A model generated the notes under the pieces. The model made no database searches, was not told the DNA's origin, and saw only the letters and a program-made list of their open reading frames with translations. A program made the translations under genes and the position numbers. Positions 8,501 through 16,811 of a DNA stretch of 64,000 bases are shown here, piece by piece (positions within the stretch are counted from its first letter, which is position 1; each line of letters begins with the position of its first letter). Source of the DNA: Candidatus Poribacteria bacterium (GTDB taxonomy: Bacteria; Poribacteria; WGA-4E; PCPOR2b); the NCBI GenBank assembly GCA_965198175.1, contig OZ240245.1, positions 1,696,001 through 1,760,000 of the forward strand. The letters run 5' to 3'.

Positions 8501-11005
8501 TCAAATTTCCACCTCGGCTGTTGCCTCAACCTGGTTCGCGACGGCAGTGTAGAGATCCACTTCGACCTCGGGCGCCCTGATGCTAACAACCAGAGAATAC
8601 CTTGCGGATTGATCGAATCGCTCAAGTTTGGTTCGTGTTTTCCACCATCCAGCCGCGGGATAGACCGCAATAACGCCTTGGCTCGCAAGATCTGCTGCGG
8701 TGCCTCGCCAGATATCGCCGTGAATCGATCCCCTATGACGCCCTTGTACTCCAATTAGCCACGGTGAATCGTAATCAGTCTGACTGCTACCGTTATCCGC
8801 TGCTTCCGCGGCCGCATTAACTCGTCTACGAAGGCTGCTAGTCGTTTCCAGCGGCCGCTTCACATCAAAGCGGAGGCTGTGAGAAGCATATCGGTATTTT
8901 GAGTAAACTCCACGTTGCGATGGATTGGGCTCAATGAAATACGATAGCGTGACACGCATTTCAACCTCTGTATCTCCGAGGCTCTCAAGTACGTCAGACG
9001 GCCAAGGCAAACTGTGGAGGTGCATGTCTCGGGTCACGGGATTTTTACTTCCTTCTCGTTTGAATGGATGTAATGATTCTTGAACAACCATCGTCAACGA
9101 GTCTGCGACGCTCCATAGAGCGAGTTCAAGATTAGGAACACCGAACCCGCACCGCCGCACGAGTTGCAGGTGGTCAGCCTTTGACCATTTGCCGTGAGCT
9201 GGCATGAACGTACCTTTCATGGCATCTGTCCATTCTGCCGAATGTACAATAAGAGCCCGAATTGCCTCCGGCCATAGATCGGGATAAACAGCCATTACTT
9301 GGGCTGCGAGGCGGGCAGCTAGGGCGGTGGCGGCACTGGTAGCGTTAGCTGTTGTGAACAGTCGGTCTGTCGGTTGATGATGGGTTGTCAGCAGGCTGAG
9401 ACTCGACATCGAAACGGCACTTAGTGAATCCTTCGCGGCATTGCCACCTTCTAGCACAATATCGGGTTTCAGTGGCCAGTAAGGCTCCCATATCAGGGAG
9501 GTTGTGCTGAATGGGCTCAGTCCACCTGCCGGAGCGACTGGTGTGTAGCCAATGGCGTCTTTCTCAGTGATTCGCGCGAGGTTCGTAGAAGCCCCAACGG
9601 TGAGCGCATTCCAAGCCTGAGCTGGGTCATGTATTCCATCCGAGTCATTGCTAGCAGGATAGTTAGACCAGGCATTCAAATCCTCTACGTTCCCAGCGGA
9701 TACAATCAACAGGCGCGGATAGGCTCCGTCTCCGTCGACATCTGCCGCCAGCGAGTCAAGCGCTGCCGACCATGCAGACGGCTTCCCCCTGTCGCGATTG
9801 TCACGGGCAGTGATAGTCATGCTGAAAACGCGGCGCCGTAATGGCGCGGTAATCTCGGGTCTCGCTACAGCTTCCTTCGTCAGATATCCGTGGTAACTTG
9901 AATCTTCTTCGTTGGCGCCATCGTGCGGTAGTAGTTTCACCGATTCGAGACGATGATTAAGTTCCACTGAATCGCTGCCCGCTAGGAGTTCTGTCAAATC
10001 GCCCGTAAGCGCAAGTCCTGCCATCTGTGTCCCATGACCGTGGGTGTCATCAACTCCCCACGTGGGGGCGACCGTATGTAAATCGTCAGCAACAAGCGCC
10101 GGAGTGAGTAACGGGTGACCTCTGTTGACACCTGTGTCAAGCAGGCAGATGCAAGGTACGTTTTCTTCCTTGGACGGATACTGGATGCGTGCCAGCAAAT
10201 CATTTAACCATTCGTGCTGCTCATCAATCAATTTGCCCTCAAAAAAATCCGCGGTCTCTTTCGCACGCCGTAATTCGGCAATGTTGTTCAGGATGGCCAA
10301 GGAACCTTGCATTTGCTCAAGCGAGGCTCGCACCAACAGCACAGTACGCTCTGGAAACATAAGGCTGCCTTGTGTCACTTGCATACCAAGGGCTTCAGCG
10401 CGCTCGCGAAAGGCCTCGGCGGTTGCCTCCTGATTCCCACGGATGGGTAGCCACACTTCCCACCACAACGGTCCCTCATCTTCAGTGGGGAATACCTCGG
10501 CGTCGTCAGTCCAGAGCGCCCGATGGCTTGCTGCCTGAATCTGTTGGATAGCATCAATCAATCGTCTGTTGTCACTCGCATGGCCGCGACTATCTTTTTT
10601 CTCCGACAGATAGTCGCGAATTAAGCTTTCAAAGTGGTCAAGCTTACCGTCAGGCACCAACACGGTCGCGTACGTTTTCTTGTCTTCATGACGTACATTC
10701 TGCAGTTCAATCCCCGAACGCTCTCGCGCTAGGCTTTCAAAAGCCAACTCAATATCGGGAAAACTCTCAAACTCCACTTGAATCCCCAAACTCTCTTCCA
10801 TCCCGGCCTCTTGCTGGGCCTGCCGGGCTGACTCAGCGGCCGTGCGCACCTCATTCATCTGGCCTTGTAACTTCCGGGCATGCTGCGCTCGATTCCGCTC
10901 CGGTATCTCTGGACGATCGCCACCTCCCCGAGAACGATATGCCTCTGTCTCCGATGTACCGCTCAAAATAAAGTGTCGATATTTAGTACCGTTTCCGTTT
11001 GCCAT
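8501..11005 (-). CDS. S8 subtilisin-like peptidase (IetS/y4bN-like)
   Basis: LLDTGV (Asp), HGHGTQMAG (His), VSAGN, KPDIV.EGGN, ATSAA (Ser); lies downstream of an AAA ATPase. Confidence 0.88.
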   Translation of the reverse strand: MANGNGTKYRHFILSGTSETEAYRSRGGGDRPEIPERNRAQHARKLQGQMNEVRTAAESARQAQQEAGMEESLGIQVEFESFPDIELAFESLARERSGIELQNVRHEDKKTYATVLVPDGKLDHFESLIRDYLSEKKDSRGHASDNRRLIDAIQQIQAASHRALWTDDAEVFPTEDEGPLWWEVWLPIRGNQEATAEAFRERAEALGMQVTQGSLMFPERTVLLVRASLEQMQGSLAILNNIAELRRAKETADFFEGKLIDEQHEWLNDLLARIQYPSKEENVPCICLLDTGVNRGHPLLTPALVADDLHTVAPTWGVDDTHGHGTQMAGLALTGDLTELLAGSDSVELNHRLESVKLLPHDGANEEDSSYHGYLTKEAVARPEITAPLRRRVFSMTITARDNRDRGKPSAWSAALDSLAADVDGDGAYPRLLIVSAGNVEDLNAWSNYPASNDSDGIHDPAQAWNALTVGASTNLARITEKDAIGYTPVAPAGGLSPFSTTSLIWEPYWPLKPDIVLEGGNAAKDSLSAVSMSSLSLLTTHHQPTDRLFTTANATSAATALAARLAAQVMAVYPDLWPEAIRALIVHSAEWTDAMKGTFMPAHGKWSKADHLQLVRRCGFGVPNLELALWSVADSLTMVVQESLHPFKREGSKNPVTRDMHLHSLPWPSDVLESLGDTEVEMRVTLSYFIEPNPSQRGVYSKYRYASHSLRFDVKRPLETTSSLRRRVNAAAEAADNGSSQTDYDSPWLIGVQGRHRGSIHGDIWRGTAADLASQGVIAVYPAAGWWKTRTKLERFDQSARYSLVVSIRAPEVEVDLYTAVANQVEATAEVEI

Positions 11006-11042
11006 GTCGTCTCTGCTCTTGGGTGCTTCCGTTACTGCGTTC

Positions 11043-12038
11043 CTAACCCCGGTGCTGGTTTGTTCCTAGCTTCTCGGCAATTTTCTTCCTTTCATTAATC
11101 ATCGCCCGAATCTCCGTCTCGCCGATTTGTGAGGTTTGTTGAATCAGTGCCTCTTTCAGCACCTCGTTTGCAGCCCGTGCCACTTCCGCATAGTTGAGTC
11201 CCAGGCCATCGTTACCAAGACTTCGCCAACGGACTCTTTTGGTGGCAGTGCGAGCTAAGCGAATCTTTAGTAGAGTGGTAATCTGCCGTTCGTCCGGAAG
11301 TTCGTAGTGCAAAACATCATCAAAACGACGAAATAGTGCACGGTCAAGAATATCCGCATGGTTTGTTGCTGCGACGATAAGACTATGGGAACAGTTCTGC
11401 TCTATCATTTGCAGGAAGCTGTTCAGCACGCGACGGATTTCACCTACGTCGTTGGCGAGTCCGCGCCGCGAACCGATAGCGTCGAACTCATCAAATAGGT
11501 AAACCCCACGCGTCGGATATGTAAAATCGAAAACTTGACGCAGTTTAGCTGCCGTTTCCCCCATGAATTTGGTAATGAGCCCATCAAGCCGGACCTGCAG
11601 AAGCGGGAGACCTAGTTCTGAAGCAATGACAAACGCGGTTAGTGTTTTGCCAGTGCCGGGCGGACCTACGAACAGCAGTTTGCGTCTTGGTGATAGCCCA
11701 TGCTCCAGAATTATCTCAGCGTGGCGTTGTTCCCGGATAACACGCTGAATCTGATCTCTAAGAGAATTGTCAAGGATCATGTCGCCTAGCCGGGCTTTCG
11801 GGTGTGATACTTCTAGAAGATTTCCTAATTCACCGCGTGCGCGACCAACCGGCAAGGACTTACCTGTGCTAGTTAGACTCTTTGCCGCATCGATTATCGT
11901 GCGCAGATCTTTGGCGAGTATGCCGTGGCCTAACCGAGCTTCGTGGGCGGCAACCTGCATGGCAACCGAGAAGAAACGCTCGTCGTCGCCGTCCAGATGC
12001 GACTGCAGCAACGCTTTGAGTTGTTCGGCGCTAGCCAT
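11043..12038 (-). CDS. AAA+ ATPase (IetA-like)
   Basis: MASAEQLKALL start, GPPGTGKT, LFDEFDAI, AATNH, LFRRFD; paired with the S8 peptidase. Confidence 0.88.
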   Translation of the reverse strand: MASAEQLKALLQSHLDGDDERFFSVAMQVAAHEARLGHGILAKDLRTIIDAAKSLTSTGKSLPVGRARGELGNLLEVSHPKARLGDMILDNSLRDQIQRVIREQRHAEIILEHGLSPRRKLLFVGPPGTGKTLTAFVIASELGLPLLQVRLDGLITKFMGETAAKLRQVFDFTYPTRGVYLFDEFDAIGSRRGLANDVGEIRRVLNSFLQMIEQNCSHSLIVAATNHADILDRALFRRFDDVLHYELPDERQITTLLKIRLARTATKRVRWRSLGNDGLGLNYAEVARAANEVLKEALIQQTSQIGETEIRAMINERKKIAEKLGTNQHRG

Positions 12039-12067
12039 GGTGAAACTCCTAGTTTGGAATGGGACGA

Positions 12068-12097
12068 ATTATACCTTAATCACCTTTGTTACGTCAA
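12068..12097 (-). promoter_or_regulatory. sigma70-type promoter for the ietA-ietS-uvrD-like genes
   Basis: Minus strand TTGACG-18 bp-TATAAT about 30 nt upstream of ATG 12038. Confidence 0.6.
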
Positions 12098-12148
12098 TTT
12101 TTAACTGATAGTAAGACTTACGTAGCAACAGGAGGTTGGGATGGGGAG

Positions 12149-12173
12149 GTCGCGATTCGGAGATCGCTCCTAC
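12149..12173 (-). repeat. GTAG-family REP-like hairpin
   Basis: Minus strand GTAG-GAGCGAT-CTCCGA-ATCGCGAC; the TAG is the stop codon of the ATPase gene. Confidence 0.5.
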
Positions 12174-13291
12174 AGTGCAGAGAGGCGGCCGCTTAGCTCA
12201 TTTTTCTCCCAGAGTTGACCGAGGCTATAATCCCCCAGCCAGTTTTTCAGTTTTTCTTCTTCCAGCCTCGTGAACTGCGTCGTACCATCCACACGATCAG
12301 TTACGAGCACGTCTTGGGGCTCGAAATGGTCCAGAAAAAGAGATGACTGTGTCGCAAGGACAATTTGGGTTTCCACAGACGCCTGTTTGATGATGGAGGC
12401 TAGAATCGTGATTGCGGAGGGGTGCAATCCGAGTTCCGGTTCGTCCAATAGAATCACCGAGGGGCGGAGTACCTTTGGTTGCAGCAGCAAAGTCGCCAAA
12501 GCGACGAACCGCAAAGATCCATCGGAAAGTGACGCGGCGTCAAAATAGCTGTCGGATCCACGATGCCGCCATTCGAGGCGAATCGCATCTTCGTTCAGTG
12601 CAAGCGGTTCCAGGATGAAGTCGTCGAAGAATGGCGCGACAAGTTGTACCGTGCGGCGTATCATGCCGTACGAACTATCATGTTTTTCGCGCAGGTAGTA
12701 TAGGAAAGACGCTACGTTTGAGCCATCTGGTCGGAAGTAGTTATTATCGTTAATTTTCATGTTTTTCTTTATCGGCGCTCCTGAGCTAGTATCGTGAAAA
12801 TGGTACAAGCGCCAGTGATCTAGGTGTTTGCGAACGTAAAGAATTGCATCGGATTTCTCCGGCGAATTAAATATCCCTGCCTCGCGATTCCGCCCGAATA
12901 GCGCGTAAAGCGTAGAAGAGGCGTAATCGGGAATCGTCTCTTGTTTTACCGAAGTATAAACGTTTTCGTCTGAAGGAAACATACCATCAGCATCATCCGG
13001 CGCCAGCTCTATATTGTACTTTCTTTTGCCGTTATCGAAGTTGATTTCAATACTTAGATTCCGAGTTGTCTTTGAACCAAAGTGGAGGATTTTGTTAGCA
13101 CCGCCAGTCCGCATCACATAATCCCGTAGACCCCCTAGGCGTATGGCGTTGAGGAATGAGAAGACACCAATGAAGTTCGACTTCCCTGCGCCATTCGGAC
13201 CGATAAGGACGTTAATTGGACGAATCTCCAACCGCTCAATGGAATTGATACTCTTGAAACCATTTACGGTAATCCAGTCAAGTGCAGGCAT
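12170..13291 (-). CDS. AAA_21/ABC-type predicted ATPase
   Basis: GFKSI, GPNGAGKSN, YHFHDTS, LSDGSLRF, LLDEPELGLHP, ATQS. Confidence 0.88.
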   Translation of the reverse strand: MPALDWITVNGFKSINSIERLEIRPINVLIGPNGAGKSNFIGVFSFLNAIRLGGLRDYVMRTGGANKILHFGSKTTRNLSIEINFDNGKRKYNIELAPDDADGMFPSDENVYTSVKQETIPDYASSTLYALFGRNREAGIFNSPEKSDAILYVRKHLDHWRLYHFHDTSSGAPIKKNMKINDNNYFRPDGSNVASFLYYLREKHDSSYGMIRRTVQLVAPFFDDFILEPLALNEDAIRLEWRHRGSDSYFDAASLSDGSLRFVALATLLLQPKVLRPSVILLDEPELGLHPSAITILASIIKQASVETQIVLATQSSLFLDHFEPQDVLVTDRVDGTTQFTRLEEEKLKNWLGDYSLGQLWEKNELSGRLSAL

Positions 13292-13301
13292 GACAACCTC
13301 T

Positions 13302-14054
13302 CTATACCCGAAACGCTTTCATTACTTCGTCCCCAAGGTGATTGATGATTTTGACGGCAATCCGCCCCGATGCCGGCTTCTCAAACGGCCTCGAGGTGTC
13401 GCTGTGGAGCGTTTCCCAAGCTTCGCGGTTAATCTCGGCTTTCAGCGTTGTCCTGAGGGCTTTATACGGGTCGTTCGCGCCGAGGAAATAGGCGTGGCGG
13501 ACGAAAAAACTCTCCGCGTTATAGTCGGTATCAATGAACCAGCAGGCGATGCCGTCGGTGCTGTCGCTGCGAATCTCGCCCGTGTTGGGATGGAACACAT
13601 CAACACCGTGAACAGTGACCTGTGAATAGTGACGAGTGGTTAGTGGCGAGTGGAGAGTGATTTGATTAGCGCGTTGAGCATCTTGTTGATCTCGACGCAG
13701 TCGTTCAACAAGCGCTCGGAATCCTCCTGGGTTATCATGTTCAACCTTGTTGATAATGTCAGAAAGGTTTCCAGCTCTGCCAGAGACCCCCGCGCAACGC
13801 CAAGCGACTGAAGAAACTCCCCCGTCGTTCGCCTCGCCTGTCCCTCGGCGATATTTGCCGGAATTGACGCCGCCGCACGCCGCATCTGCGAGGTAATCCC
13901 ATATCTCTCCTCGGCAGGAAACTGCCGCGTAAGTGCGTAAATCTTCACTGTTAAGTCCATTGATTTCTGCCAAACTATCAGTTCCTGATACGAGCTTAAA
14001 GATTTCATAAGGGGCAACTCCTCTGTTTAAACTATCCACTCGCCACTGCAACAT
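13302..14054 (-). CDS. C-terminal part of type III-like Mod methyltransferase; ORF extends upstream across the four-helix-bundle gene in another frame
   Basis: GVDVFHPNTGE..SD..DGIACWFIDTDY...FFVRHAYFLGANDPY...GRIAVKIINHLGDEVMK (about 13302-13625) is the usual Mod C-terminus of these systems. Confidence 0.75.
   Translation of the reverse strand: MLQWRVDSLNRGVAPYEIFKLVSGTDSLAEINGLNSEDLRTYAAVSCRGEIWDYLADAACGGVNSGKYRRGTGEANDGGVSSVAWRCAGVSGRAGNLSDIINKVEHDNPGGFRALVERLRRDQQDAQRANQITLHSPLTTRHYSQVTVHGVDVFHPNTGEIRSDSTDGIACWFIDTDYNAESFFVRHAYFLGANDPYKALRTTLKAEINREAWETLHSDTSRPFEKPASGRIAVKIINHLGDEVMKAFRV
13606..13661. repeat. Heptamer tandem repeat (NNGTGRN x8) at the 3' flank of the four-helix-bundle gene
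   Basis: ccgtgaa cagtgac ctgtgaa tagtgac gagtggt tagtggc gagtgga gagtgat. Confidence 0.75.
13640..14008 (-). CDS. Four-helix-bundle protein (23S rRNA intervening-sequence protein / Avd-like family)
   Basis: YQELIVWQKSMDL..IY..T..FP.EERYG.TSQMRRAA.SIPANIAEG..R....F.Q.L..ARGSL.ELET; SD AGAGGAG 9 nt before ATG 14008. Confidence 0.93.
   Translation of the reverse strand: MKSLSSYQELIVWQKSMDLTVKIYALTRQFPAEERYGITSQMRRAAASIPANIAEGQARRTTGEFLQSLGVARGSLAELETFLTLSTRLNMITQEDSERLLNDCVEINKMLNALIKSLSTRH
13642..14047. mobile_element. IVS-like element (inverted-repeat-bounded four-helix-bundle cassette) inserted in mod
   Basis: Perfect 13-bp inverted repeat agtggcgagtgga (13642-54) / tccactcgccact (14035-47), extendable inward after one mismatch, enclosing the gene and interrupting Mod. 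Confidence 0.65.
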
Positions 14055-16443
14055 CCGGTTCTCCGAAAATCACAAACAGATTCCCCTTTCCTGTATTGCT
14101 CAGATCGGCAGCCATGTGGAGATCGGCGTTCATCCTTGCTTTGAGTATCGGGATTTTACCGAGTTTGTGGAGATCAGTGGAGTGCGCTTCGTAGGAGAAT
14201 GAACAAGCTATCAGGAGGTCAAAGTCGGCTTCCGCCGCCTCGCGGGCAGATTCGACAAGGTCGAGACGGGAGACGGTGCCAAATTCGGGACCGATGAAGA
14301 TGCCGGCGCGTTTCTCGTCGCCGGAGTCGGAGTCGCCGTCAACTATCGCCTTCGCTATCCGCTCAGTTGATCCCTCGAAATATCGTCCTTCGGCACAGAC
14401 TAGGTCGCCGGGCCAAGGTTTGATGCTGGAAAAAGAGATGCGGTCCTCCTTATGCGCCTGTTGGACGCCGGAGGTCTTGAGGTGCTCCAGGATTACGGTG
14501 GCGAAATCCTGCACCCCGCCGTAGCCGAGCTTATCTTCAGCGAGGTTATCGATCAGTTCGTCGTCCTCGTCAACCCCGAGCACGCGGTGCGGCGAGAGGC
14601 TTTCAACAGTGAAGGGACCCGCCACGCGAACTTTCTTGTTGTCTTTGTAGGGTTTATCGTAGAGGTATTCATACTCGGCTTTGGCAGCGATGGAGGCGTC
14701 AACCTCGTTCTGGCGGGCGAGACGCAGTTCCCAATATTCGGTGAGCAGCGGCTCGGCGGCGGCGTTCCAATCATCGGGGCGTTCGCGCGGTACCTCCCAC
14801 TCCTGAAGCGTTTTCGGCTGACCGCTAATGTACGACAATTCGGCGCGGAGCGGTGCCAGTTCCTCCTCATACCGCTCCCAGATCACATCAATTTCGGCGT
14901 TGTTGGCGATGGACTTGAGCGTGATGTGCGGCACCCGTTCGTAAACAAACCCATGGCGGATATCGCCGTAAGTTGAGGCCTCCGAGGGAACTTTCCCTTC
15001 AATCTGCGCCGCCTTGAGTTGTCCTTCGCGGCTGTCTGAAAGGAGGTGGTAGTCGTATCGCGCTCCCATAATGCGGGCGCGCGCCAAAGCCAGTGCCACG
15101 CGCGAGGTGTCAATCGTAATCCAGCGCCTGCCCCACTGCTCGGCGACGTAGGCGGTGGTGCCAGAGCCGCACGTTGGGTCGAGGACGAGATCGCCCGGAT
15201 CCGCTGTCATGAGAAGACAACGCTCAATGACTTTTGTGTGCGTTTGTACAACATAGTGCTTGTCACCACCAAATTGCGTATCACCCCATTTGTTATGAAT
15301 CAGAGAAACAGGAAAGTCATCCTCGTAGACCCTTGCCCGTACATAATTGCCCTGAATTTCAATTCTCTCCTTTGGCAGTCGATTTGGATTTGTGCTCCAG
15401 TGCCGCCTAGATGGCGGGGTGAAGACCTTGTCTCTGAAATGAAAAGGTTCTGCGTTTCCCAAGCCTTGAGAAGATAGATCTCTAAGGTAGTAATGCCTAC
15501 CCGCGTCATCGGTTTTATTAAAAGGGCTCTCTTGACTTGACTTTCTGGTATATAGCTGTCGGTACTTCAAGTTGCTCAAATCTTTAGAATACCACACTAG
15601 ATAGTCATAAATTTGATTAAGATATTTTGCCGTCCTAGCTGTTGTTGTATTGAAGGCAATTAAGCTTACAAAATTGTCCTCTCCAAACGCCTCATCCATC
15701 AACCCGCGCACGCGATGCACATTTTCATCCCCAATCTGGACGAAGATTGAGCCACTTTCCGTTAGTAAATCCCGCGCTGCCGTCAACCGGTCGCGCAGAT
15801 AGGTCAGATAGGAGTGAATCCCGTCCCGCCACGTATCCCGGAACGCTTTCACCTGCTCCGGCTCGCGCGTGATATGGCTGATGTCCCCATCCCGCACGTC
15901 GCGGCTGGTGGTTGACCACTGGAAGTTGGAGTTGAACTTGATGCCGTAGGGCGGATCGATGTAGATGCACTGCACCTTGCCGCGCAAGCCTTCGCGCTCC
16001 GCCAGCGACGCCATCACCCGCAAGCTGTCGCCGAGGATCATCCGGTTCGACCAGTTGGCGTCGTGCTGGTAGAACTCCGTCTTGGCTTCCTCGCTCGGCA
16101 GTCCGTTGAAATCCGCAAACAGGTCGAGTTGCTCATTTGGCGTCCCGCCATCGTGCTGCGACTGGCGCATCAGGTCGTCAATCAGCACCTTGGGATGAAC
16201 CTTTTCTTGGATGAACAGCGGCGGCGCCTGCACGACCAGATCCGACCAGTCCTGTTCATCCTTCCCCCGCCACACGAATTGGGGATCGAGGTCGCGGTTG
16301 CGCTCGTAGATGACTTGGACTGGGTCGTCGTCCTCCATCACCGGCTGAAGTTCGGCGGTCGGGATATTGGCACGCACCTCGTCGGTGTGCGTGAGTGTTT
16401 CGACGGTCTTGGTTTTTGTGCTCTTTTTGCGTTTAGTAGACAT
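14032..16443 (-). CDS. Type III-like restriction-modification methyltransferase (Mod, beta-class amino-MTase), N-terminal 803 aa
   Basis: IYIDPPYG (motif IV) precedes VLDPTCGSGTT (motif I), with a lower-GC TRD between. Ends NLFVIFGEPD-VAVASG* at the insert. Confidence 0.9.
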   Translation of the reverse strand: MSTKRKKSTKTKTVETLTHTDEVRANIPTAELQPVMEDDDPVQVIYERNRDLDPQFVWRGKDEQDWSDLVVQAPPLFIQEKVHPKVLIDDLMRQSQHDGGTPNEQLDLFADFNGLPSEEAKTEFYQHDANWSNRMILGDSLRVMASLAEREGLRGKVQCIYIDPPYGIKFNSNFQWSTTSRDVRDGDISHITREPEQVKAFRDTWRDGIHSYLTYLRDRLTAARDLLTESGSIFVQIGDENVHRVRGLMDEAFGEDNFVSLIAFNTTTARTAKYLNQIYDYLVWYSKDLSNLKYRQLYTRKSSQESPFNKTDDAGRHYYLRDLSSQGLGNAEPFHFRDKVFTPPSRRHWSTNPNRLPKERIEIQGNYVRARVYEDDFPVSLIHNKWGDTQFGGDKHYVVQTHTKVIERCLLMTADPGDLVLDPTCGSGTTAYVAEQWGRRWITIDTSRVALALARARIMGARYDYHLLSDSREGQLKAAQIEGKVPSEASTYGDIRHGFVYERVPHITLKSIANNAEIDVIWERYEEELAPLRAELSYISGQPKTLQEWEVPRERPDDWNAAAEPLLTEYWELRLARQNEVDASIAAKAEYEYLYDKPYKDNKKVRVAGPFTVESLSPHRVLGVDEDDELIDNLAEDKLGYGGVQDFATVILEHLKTSGVQQAHKEDRISFSSIKPWPGDLVCAEGRYFEGSTERIAKAIVDGDSDSGDEKRAGIFIGPEFGTVSRLDLVESAREAAEADFDLLIACSFSYEAHSTDLHKLGKIPILKARMNADLHMAADLSNTGKGNLFVIFGEPDVAVASG

Positions 16444-16495
16444 AGGTCAGTAGTGAAGCAGGTATAAGTGGTTAGTGGCGAGTTAAAAAGCTGGT

Positions 16496-16740
16496 TTTGT
16501 CGCGCATATTTTTCGTTTTGTGTCTGACAAACGAATTTGTTGCTCATCTGTGCACAACAAATAGATTTGTTGCTCATATTTTCGATTTTGTGAGCAACTA
16601 TGAAGATTTGCCGGTCTTATTTCTCGTTTTGTGTCCGGCAAACAGATTTGTTGCTCATCTGTGCACAACAAATCTAATTGTAGGACATATTTTTCGTTTT
16701 GTGTCCGACAAACGAATTTGCTGCTCATACGCGAGCAACT
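16496..16740. repeat. Array of about seven short palindromes built from three ~57-bp degenerate direct repeats
   Basis: catatttttcgttttgtgtc.gacaaacgaatttgttgctcat... recurs at about 16505, 16616 and 16686; hairpins such as atttgttg/caacaaat, gttgctca/tgagcaac and tttgccgg/ccggcaaa. Confidence 0.75.
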
Positions 16741-16811
16741 AAAAAAACCGTCCCCGTGAGTTCGATTGTGCCCCGAATAAAGAACGTCCGCCGTGGGTTT
16801 CCTAGGTGTTC

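Noticed and set aside
8500..8754. 85-aa N-terminal extension of the UvrD ORF
   Set aside because: It overlaps the S8 peptidase C-terminus; the family-like sequence starts at MDFRIA (8499).
13640..14008. Diversity-generating retroelement (Avd-like protein)
   Set aside because: No reverse transcriptase and no TR/VR pair with adenine-specific mismatches seen in the window.
13620..14054. Group I/II intron or intein in mod
   Set aside because: No GUGYG/domain V, no recognisable group I core, and no C...HN intein ends; the insert is almost entirely the bundle ORF.
16496..16740. CRISPR array
   Set aside because: The repeats are degenerate and unevenly spaced, the intervening sequences are themselves repeats rather than unique spacers, and there are no cas genes.
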